DNA from: an uncultured Desulfosarcina sp.
Lineage (GTDB): Bacteria; Desulfobacterota; Desulfobacteria; Desulfobacterales; Desulfosarcinaceae
Direction of reading: 5' to 3'
DNA length: 64,000 nucleotides
Assembly (NCBI GenBank): GCA_963674945.2
Contig: CAXXWQ010000004.1
Location: 1,312,001 to 1,376,000, forward strand
Shown here: positions 22,171 through 31,137 of the stretch, in pieces
Layout of the letters: every line of letters begins with the position of its first letter
How positions within the stretch are numbered: position 1 is the stretch's first letter
Made by a program: the position numbers and the translations under genes
Notes under the pieces: generated by a model
Told to the model about the DNA's origin: nothing
What the model saw: only the letters and a program-made list of their open reading frames with translations
Databases searched by the model: none

Positions 22171-23999
22171 TGGTTTTCTCCTTTTACGAAGCCGTCCGGA
22201 ATCCGGCTTTTTACGGGCATATCTTCATTTGGCATGGGCAGATGAATGGTCACGCGGGTCCCCTGGCCGGGCTGTCCATCAAAGGTCACCCGCCCGCCGA
22301 AAGGATAGAGCCGTTCCCGAATCCCCAGCAGGCCGAATGCATCCGGAGCGTTGATCTCGTCCGGGGTTATGCCGCGTCCATTGTCGGCAGCCTGAAAAAA
22401 GAGTTCGCCGTCGTGTTTTTCCAGTCGAACCACAACCTCACTGGCTCGGGCGTGGCGCATGATATTGGTCAGGATCTCCTGAAAGATACGAAACAGGGCG
22501 GTTGCCTGCGCCCGGGGCAAATCAGGCTCGAAGCCATTGTTCTCCAACCGGCAACGAATGCCGCTGCGCCGGGCAAACGCCTCGGCCTGCCATTCGATGG
22601 CCGCCGCCAGGCCGAAATCATCCAACATCACCGGTCTCAACTCAGCGGTGACCGCGTGCAGATTGTCCATGGCTGTTTCGATCACCTTTGCCATGGCTTT
22701 CATTTTCGCTTCCATATCGGTATCCAACGCGCGGGTATGCCTCTTGATCCATGACAGATCCATCTTGAGAATGGTCAAGGACTGCCCCAGCTGGTCATGA
22801 ATCTCACGGGCAATGCGAATGCGCTCTCGTTCGCGGACATCGTTTTGATAAACACTCAACCGGCGCAGCTGCTCCCTGGAACGCTTCAGTGAGGCCTTCA
22901 CCTGCTCCTCGCGTTCGATGCGCATCTGAAGCGATGCGGCCATTTCGTCAAATACGCCTGCCAGATGGTTGAGCTCGTCCCGAGCACCGATGTGACCGAT
23001 ACGCGACCGCAAGTCACCGGCGGCCAGACGGCGGCTGGCACGGACCATTGCCCCGACGCGTCTGAGGATTACCACGCTGGTGGCCCACCAGATGGCGAGA
23101 ACGGCCATGAGTGCCGACACGCCGAGCAGGGCCAGGTTGCGTACAAAAATGCGTTTGGATGCTGCCATGGCCAGCGATCGGGGAATTTCGAGGACGACGG
23201 CAATCCGGCGTGGCCGAAACGAACTTTCCAGGTGGGCGAAGGCATAGATTCGCCGCATCCCCGTTTCATCGGCCGCAACAAAAACGCCCGATGGTTGGTT
23301 GCCGATCTTCTGCAGTAGTGACGGATCCAATGACTGTACGGTGGACCACCGTGCCGTGTCCACCGTGTAGCGCAGCAACACCTGATTTTCATCCACCAGG
23401 GTCAGCCTGGAGCCAAGGGGCAGTTCAGCCAGCCGTCGAAAAAGACTGCGGTTCATCCGGTTCAGATCCAAAGCGGTGAAAACAACGGCCATGACCTCTT
23501 GTTGACTGTCAAGGATGGGGTTGGCGAAATAGAGTACCGGTGTTCCCTCAATACGCTCGCCCGAATACGGTCCCATGGCCGGCCTTTTTTGCTTTACGCT
23601 GGTGGAAAACCATGGCCTGCTTTCGTAATCGTGCGATATTGCCGACAAGGGGCTTCCGGCAATCAGCCTGCCTTCGGGATCGAGAACGCCAAATACCGCG
23701 TATCCCTCGGTTTGGCCACTCAGGTTTTGTAGAAACGAAGACACCTGTTCCGGCTGACCTTCGGCCATTGCAAAGGCCCCGGTCAGGGCAGCCATCAACT
23801 CCCGTGTTGCCTCGATCTGAGAGTTTTCCGAATTGGCCGCCGCCTGTGCCATCAGTCTGGTTCTATGTAAAATGGCGTCTTTCTCGATTGCCTTCTGTTC
23901 TTCGGTAACATAGACGATAAGCACCGCCACAGGAATGAAGGCGACCAAAATTAGCAGATACAATCGCGTTTTCAGGCTGATACCGTCAAATTGTTCCAT
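22167..23999 (-). CDS. Sensor histidine kinase (Cache-HAMP-HisKA_3-HATPase)
   Basis: ERIRIAREIHDQLGQ H-box, QEILTNIMRHA, DNGRG, GLLGIRER. Confidence 0.93.
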   Translation of the reverse strand: MEQFDGISLKTRLYLLILVAFIPVAVLIVYVTEEQKAIEKDAILHRTRLMAQAAANSENSQIEATRELMAALTGAFAMAEGQPEQVSSFLQNLSGQTEGYAVFGVLDPEGRLIAGSPLSAISHDYESRPWFSTSVKQKRPAMGPYSGERIEGTPVLYFANPILDSQQEVMAVVFTALDLNRMNRSLFRRLAELPLGSRLTLVDENQVLLRYTVDTARWSTVQSLDPSLLQKIGNQPSGVFVAADETGMRRIYAFAHLESSFRPRRIAVVLEIPRSLAMAASKRIFVRNLALLGVSALMAVLAIWWATSVVILRRVGAMVRASRRLAAGDLRSRIGHIGARDELNHLAGVFDEMAASLQMRIEREEQVKASLKRSREQLRRLSVYQNDVRERERIRIAREIHDQLGQSLTILKMDLSWIKRHTRALDTDMEAKMKAMAKVIETAMDNLHAVTAELRPVMLDDFGLAAAIEWQAEAFARRSGIRCRLENNGFEPDLPRAQATALFRIFQEILTNIMRHARASEVVVRLEKHDGELFFQAADNGRGITPDEINAPDAFGLLGIRERLYPFGGRVTFDGQPGQGTRVTIHLPMPNEDMPVKSRIPDGFVKGENQ

Positions 24000-24157
24000 G
24001 GGAAGCCCAATGCAGTGCTAAAGGTGGTGGATAAATTATCCATGATTCGACTCTTTCAACGTATACCGCCGAACCAGTATCCAATGCAACCAACACATCG
24101 GTTTCAGTGGGTCCTTACCTGTCGAATGGATCCACAATTTTCTATCACCGGAGTTTT

Positions 24158-25249
24158 TCAACGATGTTCTTTATCTTTTTTTGTCAATGAGTGCCCAAAT
24201 TGTATTGAAGGCTTTTCCAGGCAAACGTATATAGCGGAAGAGACAAGAACAGTGATGAGAAGTACGACTGTCATATAGACAGAAAGGTGGTAACCGTTTC
24301 TCATACTTGCGGACTGTGCCATTTTTATCACTGCTTCCATAACGATGGGGTGGAACAAATAGACCGAATAGCTGATTGCCCCCAGCCACAAGAAAAAAAC
24401 GGGGACTCTTTTAACACACAATCCGGACACAACGAACATGCACCAAGCCACGGTGTGTGCCACGCCGAACTGAAACGGACGATCTGACAAATTCACACCA
24501 AATTTTGAAAACAGGTAAACTCCGATCGGAAATCCGAAACAGACGCATGTCGCAATGACAACCTGTCTTCTCGATTTTACATTCAATTCTTTGTTCTCAT
24601 ACACATTTCGATACAAGGCGCCCAGAAACATGATACTCAGAATATAGGGAGAATACATGATCTCTTTGTCGACACCGGCGAAGAGATCGCTGGCTCTGTT
24701 CACCCCCTGGGACAAGACGAATAAGAGAAAACAGAAAAGGCTCCACGAAAAAAGTGATTCGTGTTTATCCAGATGACCATAATAAAAAATGACTGCGCAC
24801 AAAATATAGAAAACGAGTTCTACCTGGAGCGTCCAATACAATCCGATTAAATGAGGTTCTCCGAATAGCCGTTGCATCATTGTGGTATTGGCTGCCACTT
24901 CAATGACGCCGATATGATCTCCCCAGATGTAACCGATTCCAACAACCACAAGAATCGACAGCCAATATACCGGGTAGAGTCTAAAAAACCTTCGAATTGC
25001 AAAGCGTTTGATGGCACCATCCGTGTGACTTTGCAGACTGAATGGAATGACAAAGCCGCTAATCAGGAAAAAGCAAATGATGCCGACCCGGCCGAAATCG
25101 ATACGGTTTGCCAGATCGAATAACAACGTGCCTTTATCGGCGACACCGGGCAACTGGACAAATCGTTCCGATGTGTGCTGCCATGCGACAAGAAGTGCTG
25201 AGATTCCGCGCAATGCATCGATGTGAGCCATCCGCTGAGATCTGTGCAT
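24158..25249 (-). CDS. Acyltransferase-3 (OafA/YrhL-like) membrane O-acyltransferase
   Basis: IDALRG, FFLISGF, RRFFRLYP, WTLQVELVFY, ISYSVYLFH, EKP. Confidence 0.92.
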   Translation of the reverse strand: MHRSQRMAHIDALRGISALLVAWQHTSERFVQLPGVADKGTLLFDLANRIDFGRVGIICFFLISGFVIPFSLQSHTDGAIKRFAIRRFFRLYPVYWLSILVVVGIGYIWGDHIGVIEVAANTTMMQRLFGEPHLIGLYWTLQVELVFYILCAVIFYYGHLDKHESLFSWSLFCFLLFVLSQGVNRASDLFAGVDKEIMYSPYILSIMFLGALYRNVYENKELNVKSRRQVVIATCVCFGFPIGVYLFSKFGVNLSDRPFQFGVAHTVAWCMFVVSGLCVKRVPVFFLWLGAISYSVYLFHPIVMEAVIKMAQSASMRNGYHLSVYMTVVLLITVLVSSAIYVCLEKPSIQFGHSLTKKDKEHR

Positions 25250-25271
25250 ATGAAAACATTTCTATCATCGT

Positions 25272-25988
25272 TCAGAATAGCGGGGCGATAAAACACCCGC
25301 CACCACCCCCGGAGCTTTCTCCGGCTGCCTGGGTGGAGAAGGTTCCCGAGCCATCTCCGCTGCTCCAGACACCCGATATCTCCCCGGATGTGGTGACCTG
25401 GCCCTTGGCGCCGGTATCGCTGTGGCTGATGGCGATAATATTTCCCCGGCTGTCCACCATCCCCATGTAAATCGAGTCCGTTTCATCAACACCGTTGATT
25501 TTAAATTCCCCGCTGAACTGGCCGTCGGAAGTGATTTGAGCATCACACGTACCGGTGTAATCACCGTTGATGTAGAGACTGTAATGGCCGACATAAGGAT
25601 CTATGCTTCCGGTATCCTGTTCTCCGCGAACGGTTCCCTCATAGCCCAGGTAAGACCATGTGCCGCTGACAATACCCGCTTCCAAGATCGATCCTTCCAC
25701 CCACATTCCACAAGCGGAGGTAAAGGCAAAATTGCCGCTGTCATCCACCGTGGCCCATCCCGCCACATAATCGACAACCCGTTCCCGTTCGGACCAGATA
25801 AGGCCATAAAGACGGCCCCGTGAATCAACCTGCGTGATGGCGATACCACTGATGTCACCATTGAAAGTACAGGTATAGGCACCGGCAAAGTCCTCCGGTG
25901 CTGCGGCGGCATTTGTAAAAAGACCATTGAGAAGAATGAGTGACAGGATCATAATGGATGCAACTGCAACGGTACGTCGTCGACACAT
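25272..25988 (-). CDS. Secreted beta-rich repeat protein with C-terminal GGGGGCFI (CFI-box-like) motif
   Basis: Signal peptide (..TNAAA), two similar ~100-aa modules, ends SSGGGGGCFIAPLF. Confidence 0.7.
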   Translation of the reverse strand: MCRRRTVAVASIMILSLILLNGLFTNAAAAPEDFAGAYTCTFNGDISGIAITQVDSRGRLYGLIWSERERVVDYVAGWATVDDSGNFAFTSACGMWVEGSILEAGIVSGTWSYLGYEGTVRGEQDTGSIDPYVGHYSLYINGDYTGTCDAQITSDGQFSGEFKINGVDETDSIYMGMVDSRGNIIAISHSDTGAKGQVTTSGEISGVWSSGDGSGTFSTQAAGESSGGGGGCFIAPLF

Positions 25989-26222
25989 ATCGCCCTCCAA
26001 TCAAAAATGCTGACGGTCTGCAAAATGGAATCTGCCGGAACGGGACTTCAAGTCCATGACAGTCGGAAAGTGTACATTGGGCTAATACCACTTAATGGGA
26101 CCGGAGTCTATACGGTGTGTTGACTGGAAGCAAAAACGGCGTGGAGAAATAATTTTCTGCGGCATGCAGCGCCGATCGACGACAGCGATCGATGAAGATG
26201 TGTGATGATTTGAGGATTGAGG

Positions 26223-26271
26223 TGGAGGCGGCAACCAGATTCGAACTGGTGAATGGAGGTTTTGCAGACCT
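26223..26271 (-). repeat. att site: 49-bp duplicate of the 3' part of tRNA-Cys
   Basis: Identical to 38424-38472 (TGGAGGCGGCAACC...TTTTGCAGACCT). Confidence 0.97.
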
Positions 26272-26330
26272 TTATTGACAGCCTGTAAGGGGTTGTTTTT
26301 TCAAGCTGTTTTTATCTCCAGAATTTTGCC

Positions 26331-26353
26331 TGTTGTGGATTTTGATGGGACTT
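26331..26353. repeat. 23-bp direct repeat shared with 38267-38289; candidate integrase arm-type sites
   Basis: TGTTGTGGATTTTGATGGGACTT occurs identically just inside both att ends. Confidence 0.75.
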
Positions 26354-26658
26354 GGTCAAGAGCTTTCACGGCGTTCAATTTATGGTCCGGCGATGGGTGT
26401 TGATACCGCATGGCCATCATTGTTGTCTTGTGCCCCATTATTTCCATTATGGTCTTCAAGTCTGCCCCTGCCATACCAAGTCTGCTTCCGAATGTGTGGC
26501 GTAGGTCATGAAACCGGAAACGGACTGTTTTATTCCCTTCCTTTCTTGTCAATTTGGCCTCTTTTACGGCATACCAAAAGGCATTCGTCAACTGGGTAAG
26601 TTTCCTACCTTTCGAAGTGCAAAACACATAATCGGATTCACTGACATCTAAACGTCTT

Positions 26659-28314
26659 CCTGTTTCCGTGGCACAAAACCTGATTAAAACACTATAACCA
26701 ATTGATAAAACATATATATTATGGTAATATTAGGGCACTAAACGCTCACTTCGGAGGTGAAATCAATGCGGCGTCCGATCACCATAAAACACGAGATGGA
26801 AAAACTTGCCAGTCATAGCGGATTGATCAATATCGGCGCATTACTTGATGCGATAAATTTCAGGTTCCGTTTCGAAAAGATCAACGGCGTCCATTGTGTA
26901 GACCCGAAAATTTCTCATGGTGACATTTTAGCTTCGATGATTGCTCTCATGAGTATTGGTAAACCTGATTACGATGCGATCGAGATTTTTCGTGAGAAGC
27001 AAGAATTTTTCAACAAGGCCATTGGCAATCGTGCATGCCCGTCAAGCCCGACATTGCGTCAGCGAATCGATTTGATCGGCAACCAAGCCGATAAGCTGAT
27101 TAAGGATGCAGGCGTTGATTTGGTTCGATCCTGCGCTCCGGCGATTTCACCCATCCAAACCAGTGCGGGTGATTTCCTTCCTTTGGATATGGATGTGAGT
27201 CCGTTTGACAACTCAAAGACTCAAAAGGAAGGCGTTTCCAGAACCTACAAAGGCACGGATGGCTTCGCTCCGATCTTTGCCTACCTGGGCACCGAGGGGT
27301 ATCTGGTGAATCTTGAGTTCAGAGAAGGAAAACAACACTGCCAGAAAAACACCCCCGAATTTATCAACGCCACCTTGGATTATGCCAGGCAAATTACCGA
27401 TCAGCCTATTTTGATGAGGTTGGATTCAGGAAACGACAGTCAAGACAACTTTCCTGACGATTCACGAAAGAATGTCCACTTTATCATCAAACGCAATTTG
27501 CGTAGAGAATCTGTTCAAAAGTGGGTTGATCTGGCAAAAAAATCCGGCAAGCAACAGCATTGCCGCTCAGGAAAATGTGTATGGATCGGAAAGACGATTG
27601 AAGACATCAACGGCAATCCATTGCGCTACCCAATCATCTTTGAGGTTACCGAAAGGCATACCAAAAAGGGCCAAGTACTGCTGTTCCCCGAGTATCAGAT
27701 CGATACCTATTGGTGCAGCCTCGCACAGTTGCCACCGGATGAGGTGATTCGACTTTATCACGATCACGGTACCAGCGAGCAGTTTCACTCCGAACTCAAA
27801 TCCGACATGGGCCTGGAGCGCTTGCCGAGCGGTCATTTTTCCACCAATAGCTTGATTCTTCATTTGGCGATGCTGACGTACAACATGCTACGGATTATCG
27901 GACAAATCAGCATCGAAGAGAGTGATCCGACTGAATTGCCCGGTATACGCCGGAAGAAAGTTACCCGGCGTCGAATCCGGACAGTCATGCAGGACTTGAT
28001 GTATATGGCCGGTCGATTAGTAACCAGAAGTAGAAAATGGTACATATCCTTTGGCCAACTCAATCCATTTTCCAAACTGATGGATCGGATTTATCTTCGT
28101 CTGAATTTGCTTTCCGCTATGAAGTAGCTATAATTTTTAAAAGAACAATTTTACAGGCATTTGCTTGGTGATTTGCTATGGCTAAAGAATGAGAAACAGG
28201 AGCAAAATTCCTTCGAAATTTGAAAATAGTGAGAAAAATTATCAACAAATGATGGTGTGTGAGGCAATCGCCCCGCGCCAATCCTAACAGCAAAAATTAG
28301 GCCACTGATTCAGG
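26659..28314 (+). mobile_element. IS1380-family insertion sequence, copy 1 (1656 bp)
   Basis: Imperfect terminal IRs CCTGTTTCCGTGG / CCTGAATCAGTGG, 5-bp TSD GTCTT (26654-26658, 28315-28319). Confidence 0.93.
26757..28127 (+). CDS. IS1380-family DDE transposase
   Basis: SHSGL N-terminus, LDMDVSPFDN, RLDSGND, YHDHGTSEQFHSELKSDMGLERLPSG; 456 aa. Confidence 0.92.
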   Translation: MKSMRRPITIKHEMEKLASHSGLINIGALLDAINFRFRFEKINGVHCVDPKISHGDILASMIALMSIGKPDYDAIEIFREKQEFFNKAIGNRACPSSPTLRQRIDLIGNQADKLIKDAGVDLVRSCAPAISPIQTSAGDFLPLDMDVSPFDNSKTQKEGVSRTYKGTDGFAPIFAYLGTEGYLVNLEFREGKQHCQKNTPEFINATLDYARQITDQPILMRLDSGNDSQDNFPDDSRKNVHFIIKRNLRRESVQKWVDLAKKSGKQQHCRSGKCVWIGKTIEDINGNPLRYPIIFEVTERHTKKGQVLLFPEYQIDTYWCSLAQLPPDEVIRLYHDHGTSEQFHSELKSDMGLERLPSGHFSTNSLILHLAMLTYNMLRIIGQISIEESDPTELPGIRRKKVTRRRIRTVMQDLMYMAGRLVTRSRKWYISFGQLNPFSKLMDRIYLRLNLLSAMK

Positions 28315-29150
28315 GTCTTTGTAAAACCTCCTTCAGCGTATCATTTAAAGGGACTTTTCTATTTTCGTGATTTTTGGTATCGGTGGCCAGCAAAAACCTA
28401 CCAGAGAGGTTTACATGGGCCTTCTTGAGATTGAATATTTCCGCTTGCCGTAGGCCGCTGTGAAGAGCCACCATTACCAAATCTCTCAAATATTTCTTTT
28501 TACCTCGTTGTGGGCTTTTTGCGCATTGATCAAGAAACCGTTTTTCCTGCCCCGGTGTCAATACCCACATCTTTTCATTATCTTCTTTCAGCAGCTTCAC
28601 ACCAGAAATAGGATTCGATCTTAAATATCCCCACTGAACGGCCATGTTCAGCATATTTCGAAGTGTGGCCACGTCCCTATTAATTGTTGCCGGAGCCTTC
28701 CCATCATCCCTTCTGAACTTCTTGTACCGCTCGACATCCAACGAGTAAATCGATGTCAAGAGCTTCCCCTTGAAATGAGGCGTCAACATGGTTATCGATT
28801 CCCCATTTCGCCTGGATGAGTTTGGCTTTTTATTCACCTTTGCATGTTCAAGGTATTTTTCGGCAAAGGTTTCAAATAAAATCCGTTTTGCCTTCTGTTG
28901 ATGCTTTCCTTCTTTAACTTCGGTCCTGAATTTACGATCCTCCTCTTTCGCAAAGGTTTTACTGACTTCCCCATGCGCTTTGGTGTACCTCCCTCCATTG
29001 TACCAAAAATCAGAATACCAGCTGTTACCACGTCTATACATGCTGCCTCCTTTTTTTCTAACGCCTGCCGCCCCAGGCGACCGCCTTGTAGGTTTGAACA
29101 CCCTGTAACTATGTATCAAAGAATTGTTTGGGAAGGACGGTGACTTATTT

Positions 29151-29218
29151 GATGAACGAACTTCTCACCGAGTTCTGGCCGCGGAGTGACCAGAAACCGG
29201 TGAAGAAGCAGGTTATCT
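29151..29218 (-). repeat. attC site of integron cassette 2 (68 bp)
   Basis: Minus strand: R'' AGATAAC -5- L'' TCTTCACC -hairpin- L' GGTGAGA -5- R' GTTCATC, with one extrahelical base in L''. Confidence 0.8.
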
Positions 29219-29947
29219 TTGGTTTTGTTTATTGTAAACTTTCATCATTGGAACGATAGTTTTTTCAATATATTTTTCTATTGCCGATGTCATTTCTGCA
29301 TCTGAGTATTTTTGTTTAATTTTGAAAATTTCATACCTACATGAGATGAAATTCAAAATATTGATACCCCATGAGAGGTCCTTGATGAATTTTACCAATC
29401 CTTTTTCCATATCATTGAAAATTTTCTTTTGACTTACTTTGACCCCAAATTGGAAGCTATCATTAAATTTTTGGCTTTGATCTTTAAAAAAATCTTGTTT
29501 TTGTAGGATTTCACCTGTTTTTTTACTTAGTGCTTCAGTATATGAAATTTTACTTAGCTTGTAGGCAACAATCGGTTTAACATTTGACAATTCAAGTATC
29601 GAATTACCAAAGTTTTGTTTAAAGGTTTCATCCACTTCGCGCGTAATTGGTTCAATTATAGAAGTTAAAAATTGAAGACAAAACTGATTCAAGGTGGATT
29701 CATCAACGCTCATTAATTCTTTCAATTTAGGATGTTCTTTCAAACGATTTGAGTATATAGCAATGAAGCTGTCAATATTTTTCAGGACAGAAGTTACGTG
29801 AAGAAGTTTTACAAGATAAAAAATTGATTGGTTAATAATTCTAATTTTTTGATACCGCTCTTTAAGAATAAAACCGGCCCCATTAAGTACCGAACCAACA
29901 AATAAGCCAAGCATACCAATTATTGCAGCTATGATTGTTGTATCCAT
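29213..29947 (-). CDS. Hypothetical protein (integron cassette 2 cargo) with N-terminal TM segment
   Basis: Very AT-rich 244-aa ORF whose stop codon lies inside the attC R'' box (AGATAAC). Confidence 0.8.
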   Translation of the reverse strand: MDTTIIAAIIGMLGLFVGSVLNGAGFILKERYQKIRIINQSIFYLVKLLHVTSVLKNIDSFIAIYSNRLKEHPKLKELMSVDESTLNQFCLQFLTSIIEPITREVDETFKQNFGNSILELSNVKPIVAYKLSKISYTEALSKKTGEILQKQDFFKDQSQKFNDSFQFGVKVSQKKIFNDMEKGLVKFIKDLSWGINILNFISCRYEIFKIKQKYSDAEMTSAIEKYIEKTIVPMMKVYNKQNQR

Positions 29948-29967
29948 TTTAATAATACCTGCTGAAG

Positions 29968-30098
29968 AGATAACGCTTCATTTCACCAGGGCGCAGGCAG
30001 GGAATATTAAGAGCTTTTGATAAAGATAAAGCTTTGATAAATCTATGCACTCCAAAAATGCCATGACCCCTGCGCTCTGGTGGAAATGGTGGTTGGGT
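29968..30098 (-). repeat. attC site of integron cassette 1 (131 bp)
   Basis: Minus strand: R'' ACCCAAC -5- L'' TTTCCACC ... L' GGTGAAA -6- R' GTTATCT; 19/20-nt arms; extrahelical C (G on bottom strand). Confidence 0.87.
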
Positions 30099-30113
30099 GA
30101 TGAATCATTATCA

Positions 30114-30797
30114 TTAAGACTCAAAGTTATTTCCTTTGCCGAGATTACATGCAGAACATTTTGTTTCAAGATTTTCCGGAACGGTTTCGCCACCTTTAGA
30201 CCATGGCACAATATGATCTACATGTAATTCAACTCCTGGTGAATTTAGTGGACTTGCCCCACACTTACGGCATGTGAAACCATCTCGCATAAGAATTCTA
30301 AAACGCAAGCGAAGTGAAATATTTCGTGACGTGCGCTTACGTGGTGGTGTTTTCTTTTCGAATTGTTGATCGACACTATTATCAGGGCTATCACCAGTTT
30401 CAATGTCTTGGTTGATATATTCTACAAAATTATTGAGTGCTTTTCGCCAGCTTCCGAATTTGCTCAGGTATGGCGTAATGGAGCAGTCTGAAATCGGAGG
30501 CTTCATATCTTTTGCTTTAGGTTGGCGACCAAGAGTTATCCAGACTTTCTCAAGGTTTTGAAAAAGATCTTTCTCAGACAGGTTAAAAACCATTCCTTTT
30601 TTTAGACCAGCCTTTTCTATGGTCTTGTTCCAAGAACCGAAACGCTTCATTAATGTATCTGGATGAAACTTACCGTGCTTTCCATACTCTGAGACAGATA
30701 CCGTATCCTTTCCCAGTTTTAAAGCGACCCTATTAAGGTCGGAAATCATTTCCTCAGAAGGGGTATCTCTATGATAAGTTTTCAATTCAAACTTCAT
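30114..30797 (-). CDS. HNH endonuclease with two N-terminal helical repeats (cassette 1 cargo)
   Basis: RDGFTCRKCG...LHVDHIVPWSKGG...NLETKCSACNLGK; repeated FGSW motif (KRFGSWNKTIEKAGL; SKFGSWRKAL). Confidence 0.88.
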   Translation of the reverse strand: MKFELKTYHRDTPSEEMISDLNRVALKLGKDTVSVSEYGKHGKFHPDTLMKRFGSWNKTIEKAGLKKGMVFNLSEKDLFQNLEKVWITLGRQPKAKDMKPPISDCSITPYLSKFGSWRKALNNFVEYINQDIETGDSPDNSVDQQFEKKTPPRKRTSRNISLRLRFRILMRDGFTCRKCGASPLNSPGVELHVDHIVPWSKGGETVPENLETKCSACNLGKGNNFES

Positions 30798-30827
30798 TAT
30801 ATTACGATCATTCCATTTTTTCTGAAC

Positions 30828-30891
30828 ACCCAACATTAATATTCTATAGACGTCTATTTTACGTCCAATATGGGGATGATATCTTGACGTC
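30828..30891 (-). other. Candidate attI-like insertion site
   Basis: G|TTGGGT at 30834-30828 (exact complement of cassette-1 R''), preceded by an AT-rich spacer and three GACGT repeats. Confidence 0.55.
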
Positions 30892-30988
30892 TTGATAACA
30901 CCCTGAATATGGGCAAAAAATAGAAGATTTCACTTTGCTACGTATTTGGAACCGGTTCTTTTTCAGGAAATGATGATTGGAGATTCAA

Positions 30989-31017
30989 AGAATATCCAAA
31001 GGTATTAAATCTGTCAA
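30989..31017 (-). promoter_or_regulatory. Sigma70 promoter facing the cassette array (Pc-like)
   Basis: TTGACA-17 nt-TATTCT about 155 bp upstream of the first cassette. Confidence 0.7.
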
Positions 31018-31097
31018 TCACCGGCTGGTCACAGTACGAACTCTCCAGGACTAAACACCTAAAAATGGCCCGTTATCAAAGGACCACCTCTTTGATG

Positions 31098-31122
31098 ATG
31101 GGGTGGTAAAACACCACCCCAT
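31098..31122. terminator. Hairpin after the C4-controlled gene pair
   Basis: ATGGGGTGGT-AAAAC-ACCACCCCAT perfect 10-bp stem. Confidence 0.5.
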
Positions 31123-31137
31123 ACTACCGTTGTCGGA

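Larger units (their letters stand above)
26301..29041 (-). pseudogene. int: Phage-type tyrosine integrase interrupted by IS1380-family element
   Basis: HSGLRQAE in 5' part, FHDLRHTF..MGH..RY in 3' part; removing IS and one TSD gives a continuous 359-aa frame (..EVLQRRLDVSESDYVF..). Confidence 0.95.

Noticed and set aside
26223..26271. Second tRNA-Cys gene
   Set aside because: It lacks the 5' acceptor strand and D-arm; it is the att duplication.
26301..29041. Satellite integrase as the IntI for the cassettes
   Set aside because: The spacing between the catalytic Arg and HxLRH is short, with no IntI-specific insertion. It has a phage-type N-terminus and matches the tRNA att repeats.
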